Positions 9,412 through 19,421 of a stretch of DNA of 64,000 nucleotides are shown one piece after another. The notes beneath the pieces were generated by a model. It saw only the letters and a program-made list of their open reading frames with translations, was not told where the DNA came from and searched no databases. Position 1 is the stretch's first letter. Each line of letters begins with the position of its first letter. Made by a program: the position numbers and the translations under genes. Source of the stretch: Anaerolineales bacterium (GTDB lineage Bacteria > Chloroflexota > Anaerolineae > Anaerolineales > UBA11579); assembly GCA_040882365.1 (NCBI GenBank), contig JBBEBI010000038.1, forward strand, positions 2,678-66,677, in the 5' to 3' direction.

Positions 9412-10251
9412 ATGCCCGCGCCCTTCATCGCCGCCCTCTTCGCCTTATCCGCCGCCGTCGCCTGGGGTTCCGGCGACTTCGTCAGCGGTCTGTCCGCCCG
9501 CCGCATCGGCGCACTTTACACCCTGCTTCTTTCCTTCATCGTCGGCCTGGCCGGCCTTCTCATTTTGACTCTGCTCGGCGCCGAGCCAATTCCCGCCTTC
9601 GCCGATCTGGCCTGGGGCGTCTTGGCGGGCATGCTGGGCACGGGCGGCTTCATTTTCATGCTGCGCGGCTTCACCGTCGGCCGCATGAGCATCGTTGCGC
9701 CGGTCTCCGCTATATTAGCGGCCGCCATTCCGGTGGTGATCACCGCTTTTAGTGAGGGCGTGCCGCATCAAGGTCAATTGCTCGGCTTCGCTCTCGCTTT
9801 TGCCAGCATCTGGCTGCTCTCCAGCCAGGGAAACGAAAAAAGCAGGCCCGCTGGCATCGGCTTGGCCCTGGTTGCCGGCCTCGGCTTTGGCCTTTTCTTC
9901 ACCATGCTGGACCAGATCTCGGTAGGCGTGATCTTCTGGCCGCTGGTTGCCAGCCGCCTGGTTGCAGGTTTGCTGCTGGCGGGATACTTTGTCGTCACCC
10001 GTCAGCCCCTTGTTCCTTCAAAACCCCCCTGGGGCTTGCTTGTGGCCTCCGGCCTGCTAGATGTCGGCGGCAACTTCTTCTTCCTGCAAGCCGTGCAAAC
10101 GGGCCGCCTGGATTTGTCCGCCGTGCTCGTCTCGCTCTACCCGGCAGTCACTGTGCTACTGGCCCTGCTGATCGCTAAGGAACGCATCTCTCGCCTTCAG
10201 GCGGCCGGTGTGGTTGCCGCCCTGATTGCCATCCTCTTGATTACTATTTAA
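9412..10251 (+). CDS. EamA/DMT-family transporter
   Basis: About 10 hydrophobic segments in two repeats; WGSGDF, MSIVAP and SLYPAVT.LLA..I.KER motifs. Confidence 0.9.
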   Translation: MPAPFIAALFALSAAVAWGSGDFVSGLSARRIGALYTLLLSFIVGLAGLLILTLLGAEPIPAFADLAWGVLAGMLGTGGFIFMLRGFTVGRMSIVAPVSAILAAAIPVVITAFSEGVPHQGQLLGFALAFASIWLLSSQGNEKSRPAGIGLALVAGLGFGLFFTMLDQISVGVIFWPLVASRLVAGLLLAGYFVVTRQPLVPSKPPWGLLVASGLLDVGGNFFFLQAVQTGRLDLSAVLVSLYPAVTVLLALLIAKERISRLQAAGVVAALIAILLITI

Positions 10252-10275
10252 GACTTTTGAAGCCTCAAACTGCCC

Positions 10276-10941
10276 CTACCAATCGATCGGGGCCTGTCCC
10301 TTCGACTCCAAGAAACCGTTGGCCTTCGAGAACGGCCGGCTGCCGAAGAAGCCGCTGCTCGCCGAAAGCGGCGACGGGTGCGCCGACTCGATCACGTAAT
10401 GCTGGTTGCGGTCGATCAGCGCGCCCTTGCGCTTAGCATACGCGCCCCACAGGGTGAACACCAGCCCCTCGCGCTGCTCCGAAAGGATGCGCAGCACCGC
10501 ATCCGTGAAAGTCTCCCAACCCCTGCCCTGATGCGACCCGGCCTGCCCCTGGCGCACCGTCAGCGTGGCGTTCAATAGCAGCACGCCCTGCTGCGCCCAG
10601 CGCTCCAAGTTGCCGCTGGCCGGCGGCTGCACGCCAAGGTCAGCTTTCAATTCCTTGTAGATATTTACCAGCGAGGGCGGAAGCGGCAAGCCTTCGTTCA
10701 CCGAAAAGCACAGCCCGTTGGCCTGCCTCGGGCCGTGGTAAGGATCTTGCCCAAGGATTACCACCTTGACCTTGTCGAACGTGCATTTGTCAAATGCATT
10801 GAAAATCTTGCCGCCCGGAGGATAAATAGTGTATTTCTGGTATTCTTCGTGCACGAACGCGGCCAACTGCTGGAAATAGGGCTTCTCGAATTCCACCTCC
10901 AGCTTCTCTTTCCAGCTCGCCTCAATTTTTACATCGGACAT
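10276..10941 (-). CDS. ung: Uracil-DNA glycosylase, family 1
   Basis: GQDPYH, PPSL.NI, GVLLLN and HPSPLS motifs; start at MSDVKIEASW. Confidence 0.96.
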   Translation of the reverse strand: MSDVKIEASWKEKLEVEFEKPYFQQLAAFVHEEYQKYTIYPPGGKIFNAFDKCTFDKVKVVILGQDPYHGPRQANGLCFSVNEGLPLPPSLVNIYKELKADLGVQPPASGNLERWAQQGVLLLNATLTVRQGQAGSHQGRGWETFTDAVLRILSEQREGLVFTLWGAYAKRKGALIDRNQHYVIESAHPSPLSASSGFFGSRPFSKANGFLESKGQAPIDW

Positions 10942-11119
10942 GGATAAGCCTAATTCTAAACGTTGTGGCCCATGCCGCGGGCCTGACGATTCCTTATCGT
11001 TTATACTCAACATCTGCTCTTCGCCTATGCGCTTGTCAAGATGTATCGACCCCTTCCCCTATTTCCAACAACAACTTGACAACCTGATCCAGCCCCATGC
11101 TATCAAAGGACCCTGACTA

Positions 11120-12265
11120 ATGAATTTTGACCTCACTGACGAACAAATACTCTGGCGCAATGCCATTCACGATTTCGTTGCTAAAGAAGTCAAACCTAAA
11201 GCCAAGGAAGTGGACGAAACCGGTGAATTCAATTGGGCTGCCGTCGAGAGGATGGGTCCCCTCGGCCTTCTGGCCCTCAACGTGGCGGAGCAATACGGGG
11301 GCGGCGTGGACGCGGTCAGCGCCGCCATCGCCATCGAGCAACTAGGCTGGGGCTGCGGCAGTACCGCCTTGGCCATCGCAGCCCACAATGGCTTGGGTTG
11401 CGCCCCCGTCGCTAATTTTGGCTCCGAGGACCTCAAGCAGCGCTTCCTACCCAAGGCGGCAACCGGCAAAGGCAAACTGGCGGCTTTGGCCCTGACTGAG
11501 CCCGGCGCCGGCTCCGATCTCAAGGGCGGTGTGGAGACCCGCGCCGAACTTCACGGGGATGAATGGTTTATCAATGGCAGCAAGATGTGGTGCACTAACG
11601 CCTCAATCGCAGATTTCATCGTTACCCTGGTGCGCACGGAACGAGGCTCCGGTTCCGGCAGCCTAAGCCTCATCGTAGTGCCCACGGACTCCGCCGGTCT
11701 CTCCATTGGCCCGGCAGAAAAGAAGATGGGCTTGCACGGTTCCCCCACTCATGCGGTCAGCTATCAAAACGTGCGCGTGCCCGCCGCCAACCTTGTAGGG
11801 GAGCGCGGCAAAGGCTTGCAATACACCCTGGCCACTCTGGATGGCGGCCGCATCGGCATCGGCGCCCTGGCCACCGGCCTGGCGCAGGCCGCGCTGGACG
11901 AGGCCGTGAAATACGCCAAGGAGCGGCAGACCTTCGGGCAGCCGATTGCCAGCTACCAGGCTGTCCAATGGATGCTGGCCGATGCGGAGACCAACATCAG
12001 CGCTGCTCGCCTCATGGTTTACCGGGCCGCGTTTGCCAAGCAGCAGGGAAAACCATTCACCAAGGAAGCCGCCATGGCCAAACTGTTCGCCACGGAAGCG
12101 GCGGAGAAGGTGTGCCGCGACGCCATCCAGATCCACGGCGGCTATGGCTATTCGAGCGAATACCCCGTGGAGCGCATCTACCGCGACGCGCGCCTGATGA
12201 CCATTGGGGAAGGCACCAGCGAGATCCAGCGCCTGGTCATAGCGCGAGAGATGCTGGGGGACTGA
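11120..12265 (+). CDS. Acyl-CoA dehydrogenase
   Basis: [29 protein letters not shown] and [10 protein letters not shown] motifs. Confidence 0.95.
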   Translation: MNFDLTDEQILWRNAIHDFVAKEVKPKAKEVDETGEFNWAAVERMGPLGLLALNVAEQYGGGVDAVSAAIAIEQLGWGCGSTALAIAAHNGLGCAPVANFGSEDLKQRFLPKAATGKGKLAALALTEPGAGSDLKGGVETRAELHGDEWFINGSKMWCTNASIADFIVTLVRTERGSGSGSLSLIVVPTDSAGLSIGPAEKKMGLHGSPTHAVSYQNVRVPAANLVGERGKGLQYTLATLDGGRIGIGALATGLAQAALDEAVKYAKERQTFGQPIASYQAVQWMLADAETNISAARLMVYRAAFAKQQGKPFTKEAAMAKLFATEAAEKVCRDAIQIHGGYGYSSEYPVERIYRDARLMTIGEGTSEIQRLVIAREMLGD

Positions 12266-12728
12266 TGCAAGCAAAGGGGCGGCGTTCTATTCGATTACCC
12301 GAGTATGACTATTCTTCTCCCGGCGCCTATTTTGTGACTATTACAACCAAGCTCAAGCAACCAAGTATTTGGCAAGATTCAGAGCGAGCAAATCCTTCTC
12401 AACGAGTGGGGGCAAATAGCGCAACGATTATGGCTCGAAATCGCACATCCTTTTTCCCAAGTAACACTAGATGCTTTTGTAGTCATGCCGAACCACGTGC
12501 ATGGAATTCTATATAACGAAATCGAGCCCCCCAATGCAGTCCAGAACGCCAAAAATCATGTAGGGGCGCCGCATGCGTCGCCTCTACGCCAGCCTAGTCC
12601 ACATGGACGGCCAAAAGGTTCGCTGGGGGCAATCGTTGGATCTTGCCAGTCGATGGTATCTCGATGAACGCGAACTGGAAGAGACTCGTAATTACATCCT
12701 TTACAACGCCCTCAAGCGATATCGTTAA
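12265..12728 (+). pseudogene. Decayed REP-associated (IS200-like, Y1 HUH) tyrosine transposase
   Basis: RRSIRLPEYDYSSPGAYFVTI, then a frameshift near 12360, then LNEWG...LDAFVVMPNHVHGI...SLGAIVGS. The WQR.YYEHIIR block is missing; the tail (ELEETRNYILYN) is in another frame. Confidence 0.85.
12560..12587. repeat. GTAG-type REP palindrome inside the transposase remnant
   Basis: GTAGGGGCGCCGCATGCGTCGCCTCTAC is an imperfect palindrome with GTAG/CTAC ends. Confidence 0.75.
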
Positions 12729-12779
12729 TGCCCGACCATTTAAATTGAAACTGGGATTAACGGAAACAAAAAAGGGCTT

Positions 12780-13295
12780 CTACCAGCCCTCGATGTAACT
12801 TGACCATTCCTTGATACTGCTTAGGTAACGGCCGAAAATGTACTGCGCGGAGGCAGTGGGGGTATGTGGGTTCTTGAGCAAATTCATGCCGGCGCTTTCC
12901 ACCATGCGGCCGCCTTTACGATGATTGCAGCTTCGACAGGCGGTAACCAGGTTTTCCCAGCTGTGCTGGCCGCCCAGGCGGCGCGGGATCACGTGATCCA
13001 GGGTCAGCTCGTCGGTCCGGGTGCCGCAATACTGGCAAGTAAAGTCGTCCCGCCGGAAGATCTCCTGTTTGTTCAATTTCACGTGGGGCCGGGGGCGTTT
13101 GATCATGCGGTCCAAGCGGATGACGGAGGGGGCGGGATACATGGCCCGGGCAGTGTGGATTTCACCTCGTCCGTTGAGCAGCATGGAAGCCTTTTCGCCG
13201 AAGATCAACCCCATGGCGCGCCGGATGGTGCACACATTCAGGGGCTCGAAATTGGCATTCAGAACGAGGACGGGTTCCTTGAGATTACTTTGCAT
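12780..13295 (-). CDS. HNH endonuclease (McrA-like, stand-alone family)
   Basis: VLVLNANFEPL, PSVIRL, RRDDFTCQYCG, TLDHVIPR and WENLVTAC..CN..KG motifs. Confidence 0.92.
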   Translation of the reverse strand: MQSNLKEPVLVLNANFEPLNVCTIRRAMGLIFGEKASMLLNGRGEIHTARAMYPAPSVIRLDRMIKRPRPHVKLNKQEIFRRDDFTCQYCGTRTDELTLDHVIPRRLGGQHSWENLVTACRSCNHRKGGRMVESAGMNLLKNPHTPTASAQYIFGRYLSSIKEWSSYIEGW

Positions 13296-13398
13296 AAGCG
13301 CCGGGCATTGGCTAAAAATAAGATTGGGCGATTATAGCATGGGCGTGTAGTAATCGCCCAATGGACTACGCGTGCTATATTTAAGGGCGGAGATCAGC

Positions 13399-14613
13399 AT
13401 GAACATCGATGAACAGGTAGCCACACTGATGCAAGGCACCGAATATGGCGACGATCAACTGCGCGCCGCCATGCAGGCGGAGTTGCGCGAGCGCCTAGCG
13501 GAGGCGGAAAAGGCCAGCCGCAAGCTGCGCGTCTACGCCGGCTTCGACCCGCGCACCACCGACCTGCATTTAGGCCACACCATCCCCATGCGCAAGCTGC
13601 GCCAATTCCAGGACCTCGGCCACGAAGTTATCTTCCTCATCGGCACCTACACGTCGCTGATCGGCGACCCGTCGGATCAGGACAAGTTGCGCCCCCAGTT
13701 GACCCCCCAACAGGTGGAGGAGAACGGACGCACGTATGCCGAGCAGGCTTTCCGGGTCCTGGACCGCCACAAGACCGAGGTGCGCTTCAACGCCGAGTGG
13801 CTCTCGAAAGTCACCTTTGCCGATCTGATCGGCTTCGCTTCCAACTTTACCGTGCAGCAATTCCTCACCCGCGAAAACTTCCGCGAGCGTTGGGATAAGG
13901 GCGACGCTATCTATCTCCACGAGACCTTCTACTCCCTCATGCAGGGATACGATGCTTACATGCTGAAGGCCGACGTGCAAGTGGGCGGCTCGGATCAACT
14001 CTTCAACATTGTCACCGCCGCCCGCAAGCTGATGACCGCGCTGGGCGCCAAGCCCAACATCGGCATCATCATGGGCATCCTGCCCGGCACAGATGGCGAG
14101 AAGAAGATGAGCAAGTCCCTGGGCAACCACATCCCGCTCAACACAAACGCCGATGATATGTACGGCAAGGTGATGAGCGTGCCTGACAAAGCCATGGGCC
14201 TCTTTATGCGCCTGGCTACCCGCTGGACCGCCGGAGATATTGCCGCCAAAGAAAAGGCAGTCGCCGTGGGCAAGCTGCACCCGCGGGATGCCAAAGCGCA
14301 GATCGCCCTGGAGATTACGGAGATCTTCTATGGGGTGGAAGCTGCCAAGGCGGCTCAAGACAACTTCGCCCGTGTCTTTCAGCAAGGCGAATCCCCGGCG
14401 GATATACCCGTGCACAAGTTCACCGCGGGGCTCTCGGTCCTGGACGTGCTGTTGAACGCAGGATTGGCGAAGAGCAAAAGCGAAGGCCGCCGGCTGATCG
14501 AGCAGAATGGGGTGAGGTTAGATGGAGAAGTGCTGGACGACCCGAACCAGCCCTTGTCGCGGCCGGGCGTGCTGCAGGTCGGCAAACGTAAGTTCGTCAG
14601 GCTAGAAAACTAA
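13399..14613 (+). CDS. tyrS: Tyrosine--tRNA ligase
   Basis: GFDP, HLGH, GGSDQ and KMSKS motifs; C-terminal S4 domain. Confidence 0.97.
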   Translation: MNIDEQVATLMQGTEYGDDQLRAAMQAELRERLAEAEKASRKLRVYAGFDPRTTDLHLGHTIPMRKLRQFQDLGHEVIFLIGTYTSLIGDPSDQDKLRPQLTPQQVEENGRTYAEQAFRVLDRHKTEVRFNAEWLSKVTFADLIGFASNFTVQQFLTRENFRERWDKGDAIYLHETFYSLMQGYDAYMLKADVQVGGSDQLFNIVTAARKLMTALGAKPNIGIIMGILPGTDGEKKMSKSLGNHIPLNTNADDMYGKVMSVPDKAMGLFMRLATRWTAGDIAAKEKAVAVGKLHPRDAKAQIALEITEIFYGVEAAKAAQDNFARVFQQGESPADIPVHKFTAGLSVLDVLLNAGLAKSKSEGRRLIEQNGVRLDGEVLDDPNQPLSRPGVLQVGKRKFVRLEN

Positions 14614-17243
14614 TCTCTCGCGGCGGAGAGCAAGTCCCGGCCGATTGAGCGCGCGCCAACGGGGTCATCGCTCTCCAGCAAGACCACCACGCATTGATCC
14701 GCAGAGGCTTGGTCGGCCAAACTGCCTGCCAGGTACCAGGTGTAGCTCTGGCCACCCTCTCCGAGTGCCTGGCCGGTCAGTTCCCATATCGAAAGGGCGG
14801 GATAACTCAGATTTTGGGCCATGCCGGATGCAAAAGTCCCGTTCACAATCTGACGCGTTTCTGCCAGTGACCCGAAAGGTTGCCAACCGCCACCGGCTTG
14901 CTCGATCTCCAGCACGATCTTGGGCTCCGTCATTTGGCCGAAGTTGCTAAGAGAACAGATCGCCCGCGCCATTTGAAGCGGGCTGATCAATAAGCCGCCT
15001 TGCCCGATGGCAGCCGCCTCCGGCAAGTCCAGGTTAGCCGGCATTACCTCGGCGTGCAGCTCCAAAGGAAGATCCGGCGCTGCGTAAAAACCAAGGTCAT
15101 TGAACAGGGCCAATAATTGCTCACCGCCCAGAGACAGGCCCAATTGGACCAGCGCGCCCGGACACGCAGATGCAATCAGTACGTCCCAACTCTGGATACC
15201 TTCGGGATTCGTGAGGCAGTCGAAACGCTGGTCGTTGAATGTAAACTCTAATTCCGTAGGCAGTTGGGGCACAACCCCGGCAGAACGCGCCGCAGCAAGC
15301 AGGAACGGTCCTAGTGTCGTGCCCGGCGGATAGGCTCCTTGCGCCGCTCTGTTCAACAGCGGCGAATCATCCGCTCTGGAGAGCGCCTCCCAGTTTTTAT
15401 TGAGCTCTTTGGGGTCAAAACCGGGCTGCGAAGCCAAGGTCAGCACCTCGCCTGTCTCCGCCTCAAGCACCACCGCCGCTCCGGTTTGGCCTGCCAGCAG
15501 ATCATTGGCCAGGGTAGTCAGTTCTGCATCCAAGCTAATGCGCACATCCAGGCCCGGAGAGGGTTCCCCGTAAAGCAAGTGGCTTAGCCATAATCCAAGA
15601 GTTGGCTGGTATTCTTCACCGCGCAAGATACCGTCCAGGCCAGCTTCCAGGCCCGATTGGCCGAAAGCTTCGTGGGAATAGCCCAGGACATTGGCCAGAT
15701 CAGGAAGGAGATATTCCCTCTGGTACTCCCCTCTCTGCCCCGTTGTTCGACTGAAGATTTCCCTGTTGCGATCCACCAGCGCGCCGCGGGCCACATAGCG
15801 GTCCGATAAGGCCCGGCGCGCATTATCCGCCCGGGTCAGCAGGTCCGGCCCGCGGGTCAGGCTCCACCAACCGGTCGTGAGGGCCGCGGTGCCGAATGCG
15901 GCGAAGATGATGCCAGCGATCGCCAGGGTGGGGCGCGAGCCGGGCAACGGGGCGGCGCGGTTGATTCCGTCGTTGCTGATCAGGCATAGCAGCAACAGGG
16001 CAATGAACGAAGCCAGCAGGGAGGAGCCGCCGTAGGATACGAAGGGCAACGTTACTCCCGTGAGCGGCAACATGCGTATGTTACCGCCGATGATCAGAAT
16101 GCTTTGGCTGGCCAGATAAGCACAAAGGCCGATGGCCAGGTATCGCTGGTAGGTGTCGCGCGCCTGCAAGGAGATGCGCAGGGCCCGCAAGCAAAGCAAG
16201 CTGATCAACAGGAGCAACGCAATAGCACCGACCAACCCCGTCTCTTCGACGATGGAGGTGTAGATGAAGTCGCTGTGGGAAACGGGCACAATGCCCGGGC
16301 TTCCCATGCCCGGCCCCCGGCCCAGCATCCCGCCTGAGGCCACGGCCAAGATGCCTTGGACGATCTGATAGCCGGAACCGCTGGGATCCGCCCAGGGATT
16401 GATCCAAATCTCGACGCGCTGGTGCACTAAGCCCACCAGTTCGTAGCCGGCGATCAGCGCCACGACGAGGATGAACAGGCTGGCCACCAGCACGCGCCGC
16501 TTGCCCGCTGCGGCATAGATCATGATCATGTAGATGAAAATAAAGACCCAGGCGGTGCCGAGATCATGCTGGCCGAGCAGCAAGAGCAAGGCTACTCCGG
16601 TCATCAGCGCGGTGGGCACCAGCAGCGCAAGCCACCCCGAGGTTAGTGGCTGCCGGTCGGCAAGATAGGCGGCCAGATAAATGACGAGAAGCAATTTCAG
16701 TATCTCCGAGGGTTGGAAGTAAACGCCGCAGCAGCCCAGCCACAAGCGGGGCTCGATGCCGGAGGGGTTGGTGCCGAAGAAGATGGTCAAGGCGGTGATG
16801 GCGAAACCGGCCAATAGGATGAGATATTTGTAGCGGCGCAAAGTTGGCAGTATTTGATCTTTAGCTCGCAGGGCAAGGATGAATAAGCCCGTGCACACCG
16901 CCACCCATAAAGACTGGCGCAATCCAAACACAGTTGTGAGCCGCCAGATGGTGAGCAGCCCCCAGCCGGACAGGAAAGCCACCAGCGGGACGAGAAAAAT
17001 ATCGCGATGAGGGAAATGCTTGCGTACCTGGCGGTGAAGAACGACGAACGAGCCCAGCCAAACCGCCAGCCCCAGCCAATGCGCCCAGCGCAATTGTCCG
17101 AGCCCCTCGAAGGCCCGCTGGCGCACCGCCGGGGAGATGGTGAGCGCTAAGGCATATGCGCCCACGAACAAAGCCGCCAGCCTGAGCAAGCTGGCGGAAG
17201 TGTTGGCGGGCAACAATCGCCGCAAAGGTTGCAGCATTCTCAT
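14610..17243 (-). CDS. rodA: RodA/FtsW (SEDS) glycosyltransferase fused to a degenerate PbpA-like transpeptidase domain
   Basis: FQPSE..K, DLGTA, GYQ, HSDFI, G.TLPFVSYGGSS, then RG..DR, G.VL..AS.P.FDP, LLNRA.QG.YPPG. ATGA overlap with mtnP. Confidence 0.9.
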   Translation of the reverse strand: MRMLQPLRRLLPANTSASLLRLAALFVGAYALALTISPAVRQRAFEGLGQLRWAHWLGLAVWLGSFVVLHRQVRKHFPHRDIFLVPLVAFLSGWGLLTIWRLTTVFGLRQSLWVAVCTGLFILALRAKDQILPTLRRYKYLILLAGFAITALTIFFGTNPSGIEPRLWLGCCGVYFQPSEILKLLLVIYLAAYLADRQPLTSGWLALLVPTALMTGVALLLLLGQHDLGTAWVFIFIYMIMIYAAAGKRRVLVASLFILVVALIAGYELVGLVHQRVEIWINPWADPSGSGYQIVQGILAVASGGMLGRGPGMGSPGIVPVSHSDFIYTSIVEETGLVGAIALLLLISLLCLRALRISLQARDTYQRYLAIGLCAYLASQSILIIGGNIRMLPLTGVTLPFVSYGGSSLLASFIALLLLCLISNDGINRAAPLPGSRPTLAIAGIIFAAFGTAALTTGWWSLTRGPDLLTRADNARRALSDRYVARGALVDRNREIFSRTTGQRGEYQREYLLPDLANVLGYSHEAFGQSGLEAGLDGILRGEEYQPTLGLWLSHLLYGEPSPGLDVRISLDAELTTLANDLLAGQTGAAVVLEAETGEVLTLASQPGFDPKELNKNWEALSRADDSPLLNRAAQGAYPPGTTLGPFLLAAARSAGVVPQLPTELEFTFNDQRFDCLTNPEGIQSWDVLIASACPGALVQLGLSLGGEQLLALFNDLGFYAAPDLPLELHAEVMPANLDLPEAAAIGQGGLLISPLQMARAICSLSNFGQMTEPKIVLEIEQAGGGWQPFGSLAETRQIVNGTFASGMAQNLSYPALSIWELTGQALGEGGQSYTWYLAGSLADQASADQCVVVLLESDDPVGARSIGRDLLSAARD

Positions 17244-18127
17244 TTGTTTAGATACTTGTCTACCAAGATGCCCAATTTCCTGGCGCGGGCTTTGGACACG
17301 CGCTTGGGGGCGGTGACGAACGCGTTGGCCAATGCAGCGCCGCAATCGCACTCCTGTTGCTCGTCCAGATTAGCGGCCAGGTTGCGAATGGCCTGCTGCG
17401 CCATGTTAAGATTTTTCTTCATGGTGTTGATCACCATATCCACGTTGACCGGCTCTTCGTGCCATACATCATAGTCCGTCACGTGCGCCATCACCGCATA
17501 ACACAGTTCAGCTTCACGCGCCAGGAAGGCTTCGGGCGATGTTGTCATGCCAATGATCGAGTGGCCCCAGGAACGGTAGCAGTTCGACTCGGAGCGGGTG
17601 GAAAAGCGCGGCCCCTCGATGGTGATGTAGCTGCCGCCCAGGTGCACAGTCGCCTTCGCCTTTTTGCAGGCTTTGTTCAATTGTTTGCCGAAGGCGTTGC
17701 AGAATGGTTCGGCGGCCCCTATGTGCGCTACCAAGCCCGGTTCATCGAAAAATGTGCGCGCTCGACCATGCGTCAGATCGAAGAGTTGAGTGGGGATGAC
17801 CACGTTTCCGGGGGCGTAGTCCTCGCGCAAGGATCCGCAGGCGCTGACCGCGGCCACAAAACGGACGCCCAGGGATTTGAGGGCATATATGTTGGCGCGG
17901 TAATTTACCTTTGAAGGTGGGATCGTGTGGCCGATGCCATGGCGGGCCAGGAAGGCGACGTGGCGGCCAGCCAACGTACCGATGATGACCGGCGAACTGG
18001 GCTCTCCAAACGGCGTTTCGACTTCAACCTCGCGTCTACCCGCCAGCTCAGGGATGGCATAAAGACCCGAGCCTCCGATAATGCCCAGTCGAGGATTTTT
18101 ATTCACGGCTTTATTTTGGCGCGCCAT
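17240..18127 (-). CDS. mtnP: S-methyl-5'-thioadenosine phosphorylase
   Basis: GIIGGSG, RHG..H, NYRANI, EGPRFST, GMT..PE and TDYDVW motifs; the start may instead be GTG at 18106. Confidence 0.93.
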   Translation of the reverse strand: MARQNKAVNKNPRLGIIGGSGLYAIPELAGRREVEVETPFGEPSSPVIIGTLAGRHVAFLARHGIGHTIPPSKVNYRANIYALKSLGVRFVAAVSACGSLREDYAPGNVVIPTQLFDLTHGRARTFFDEPGLVAHIGAAEPFCNAFGKQLNKACKKAKATVHLGGSYITIEGPRFSTRSESNCYRSWGHSIIGMTTSPEAFLAREAELCYAVMAHVTDYDVWHEEPVNVDMVINTMKKNLNMAQQAIRNLAANLDEQQECDCGAALANAFVTAPKRVSKARARKLGILVDKYLNK

Positions 18128-18557
18128 CGAACTCAATTGTAAAACCAACCTGGCCGCAGCGAACCTGGTCGTGCTCGGCGAGAACGACGGGGCTGCTGAG
18201 TGCTTGCTCATTCAGGAAGGTTCCATTGCGCGACCCCAGATCCTCCAGCCACCACTGGTCGTGGTGGAAGGCCAGCCGGGCGTGGCGGGCTGAGATGGTG
18301 TCATCTGCGATCATCCATTCGCAGCTCGGGTGCCGCCCGATGATTATTTCCGAGGCGGTGAAGCGAAGTGACTCGCCGACGCCATTTTTGCCCACCAAGG
18401 ATAAATGTAACGCGGGTACGCGCTGCTTGGCGACGCTGGCGGCCTGGTGCCGCAGATCGCGCCAAAGGATCAAAAAGCACCATCCCAAAAAGGCGTACAG
18501 GGCAACGCCCATAAACAGGCGCAAGGCCAAGAGGAAATAGGCGCCGAGATTTTCCAT
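18111..18557 (-). CDS. FHA-domain protein with N-terminal TM helix (FhaB/FipA-like)
   Basis: LYAFL TM segment; IGR, SARHA and DLGSRNGT motifs. Confidence 0.9.
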   Translation of the reverse strand: MENLGAYFLLALRLFMGVALYAFLGWCFLILWRDLRHQAASVAKQRVPALHLSLVGKNGVGESLRFTASEIIIGRHPSCEWMIADDTISARHARLAFHHDQWWLEDLGSRNGTFLNEQALSSPVVLAEHDQVRCGQVGFTIEFDGAPK

Positions 18558-18563
18558 GCAAAA

Positions 18564-19340
18564 TCAGGAAGCCTGGTCCTTGCCGTTTTCGCCGGGTCTG
18601 TACTCCTGGGTCTCGCCAGGAGACTGAGCTGCATCCTGGCCGTAAATGATGGGCACACCGGCCAGCGAAATGACATCCCCGGCCAGCAGCACCGCAGTTT
18701 TCACATCCACGTTGTTGACTTTTGACCCACCCGTGGACCCCAGATCAAAGAGATGGTATTGCCCCGAGATGGCGCGCAGTTGGGCGTGGCGGCGAGAAAC
18801 GGCGGGATTTTCAATCACCAGGTGATTGTCTTTTTTACGGCCGATGTTCACGATGGGCAGAGTGAGGGGGAAGATATCCACACCGCCCACGATCAGAAAG
18901 GCGCCCGCAGGGATGGGATGTTGGGTGAGGGGAGGGGCTGGAGGCAGGGATTGCGTTTGGCCCACGCTTTCGCCAATGCCTGAACAGCGCACGCGGAACT
19001 CCCCTGGTTTCAATCCCTCCTGCGGGGAAATGTGTAGCACGGGAACGCAAGCCAGAGAGATGGCCGATTCGGCCGCCGCCGTCTGCAAGGCTGCTTTTAG
19101 CTCATCGAGCAAGTTCTGGTTGGATTGGAGCGCCGAAGCGTGTTCCGCGCTGGCCTGGATAGTATAGATTCCCGGGGCCACCAAGGCCTCCCCTTCGCCA
19201 AATTCGACCTCCATGAGCATGGCTTCAACGAGGTTGGATGCCAGCTGACCCTTCACGTCTCGAGAAGAAAAAAGCTTGGCCGTGCCTTCCTCGATAAGCC
19301 GCTGCAAACGGGCCTCGAACCTGCTCAGGGAGCTATCCAT
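18564..19340 (-). CDS. DUF3662 + FHA domain protein (FhaA-like)
   Basis: FEARLQRLIEEG...F N-terminus; IGR, SRRHA and DLGSTGG FHA motifs. Confidence 0.88.
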   Translation of the reverse strand: MDSSLSRFEARLQRLIEEGTAKLFSSRDVKGQLASNLVEAMLMEVEFGEGEALVAPGIYTIQASAEHASALQSNQNLLDELKAALQTAAAESAISLACVPVLHISPQEGLKPGEFRVRCSGIGESVGQTQSLPPAPPLTQHPIPAGAFLIVGGVDIFPLTLPIVNIGRKKDNHLVIENPAVSRRHAQLRAISGQYHLFDLGSTGGSKVNNVDVKTAVLLAGDVISLAGVPIIYGQDAAQSPGETQEYRPGENGKDQAS

Positions 19341-19421
19341 CCTTCGTATTTTATCGTCTCGCCTTCAGCCGCGCACCGTTCTTTTATTTGCGATTAATTG
19401 TTATTATGATTAGGAAGGACT

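Noticed and set aside
12780..13295. HNH nuclease next to a transposase remnant as a possible IscB/Cas9-like or defence nuclease
   Set aside because: It is only 171 aa, has no RuvC or PLMP motifs and no adjacent array, is convergent with the remnant, and matches a widespread stand-alone HNH family.
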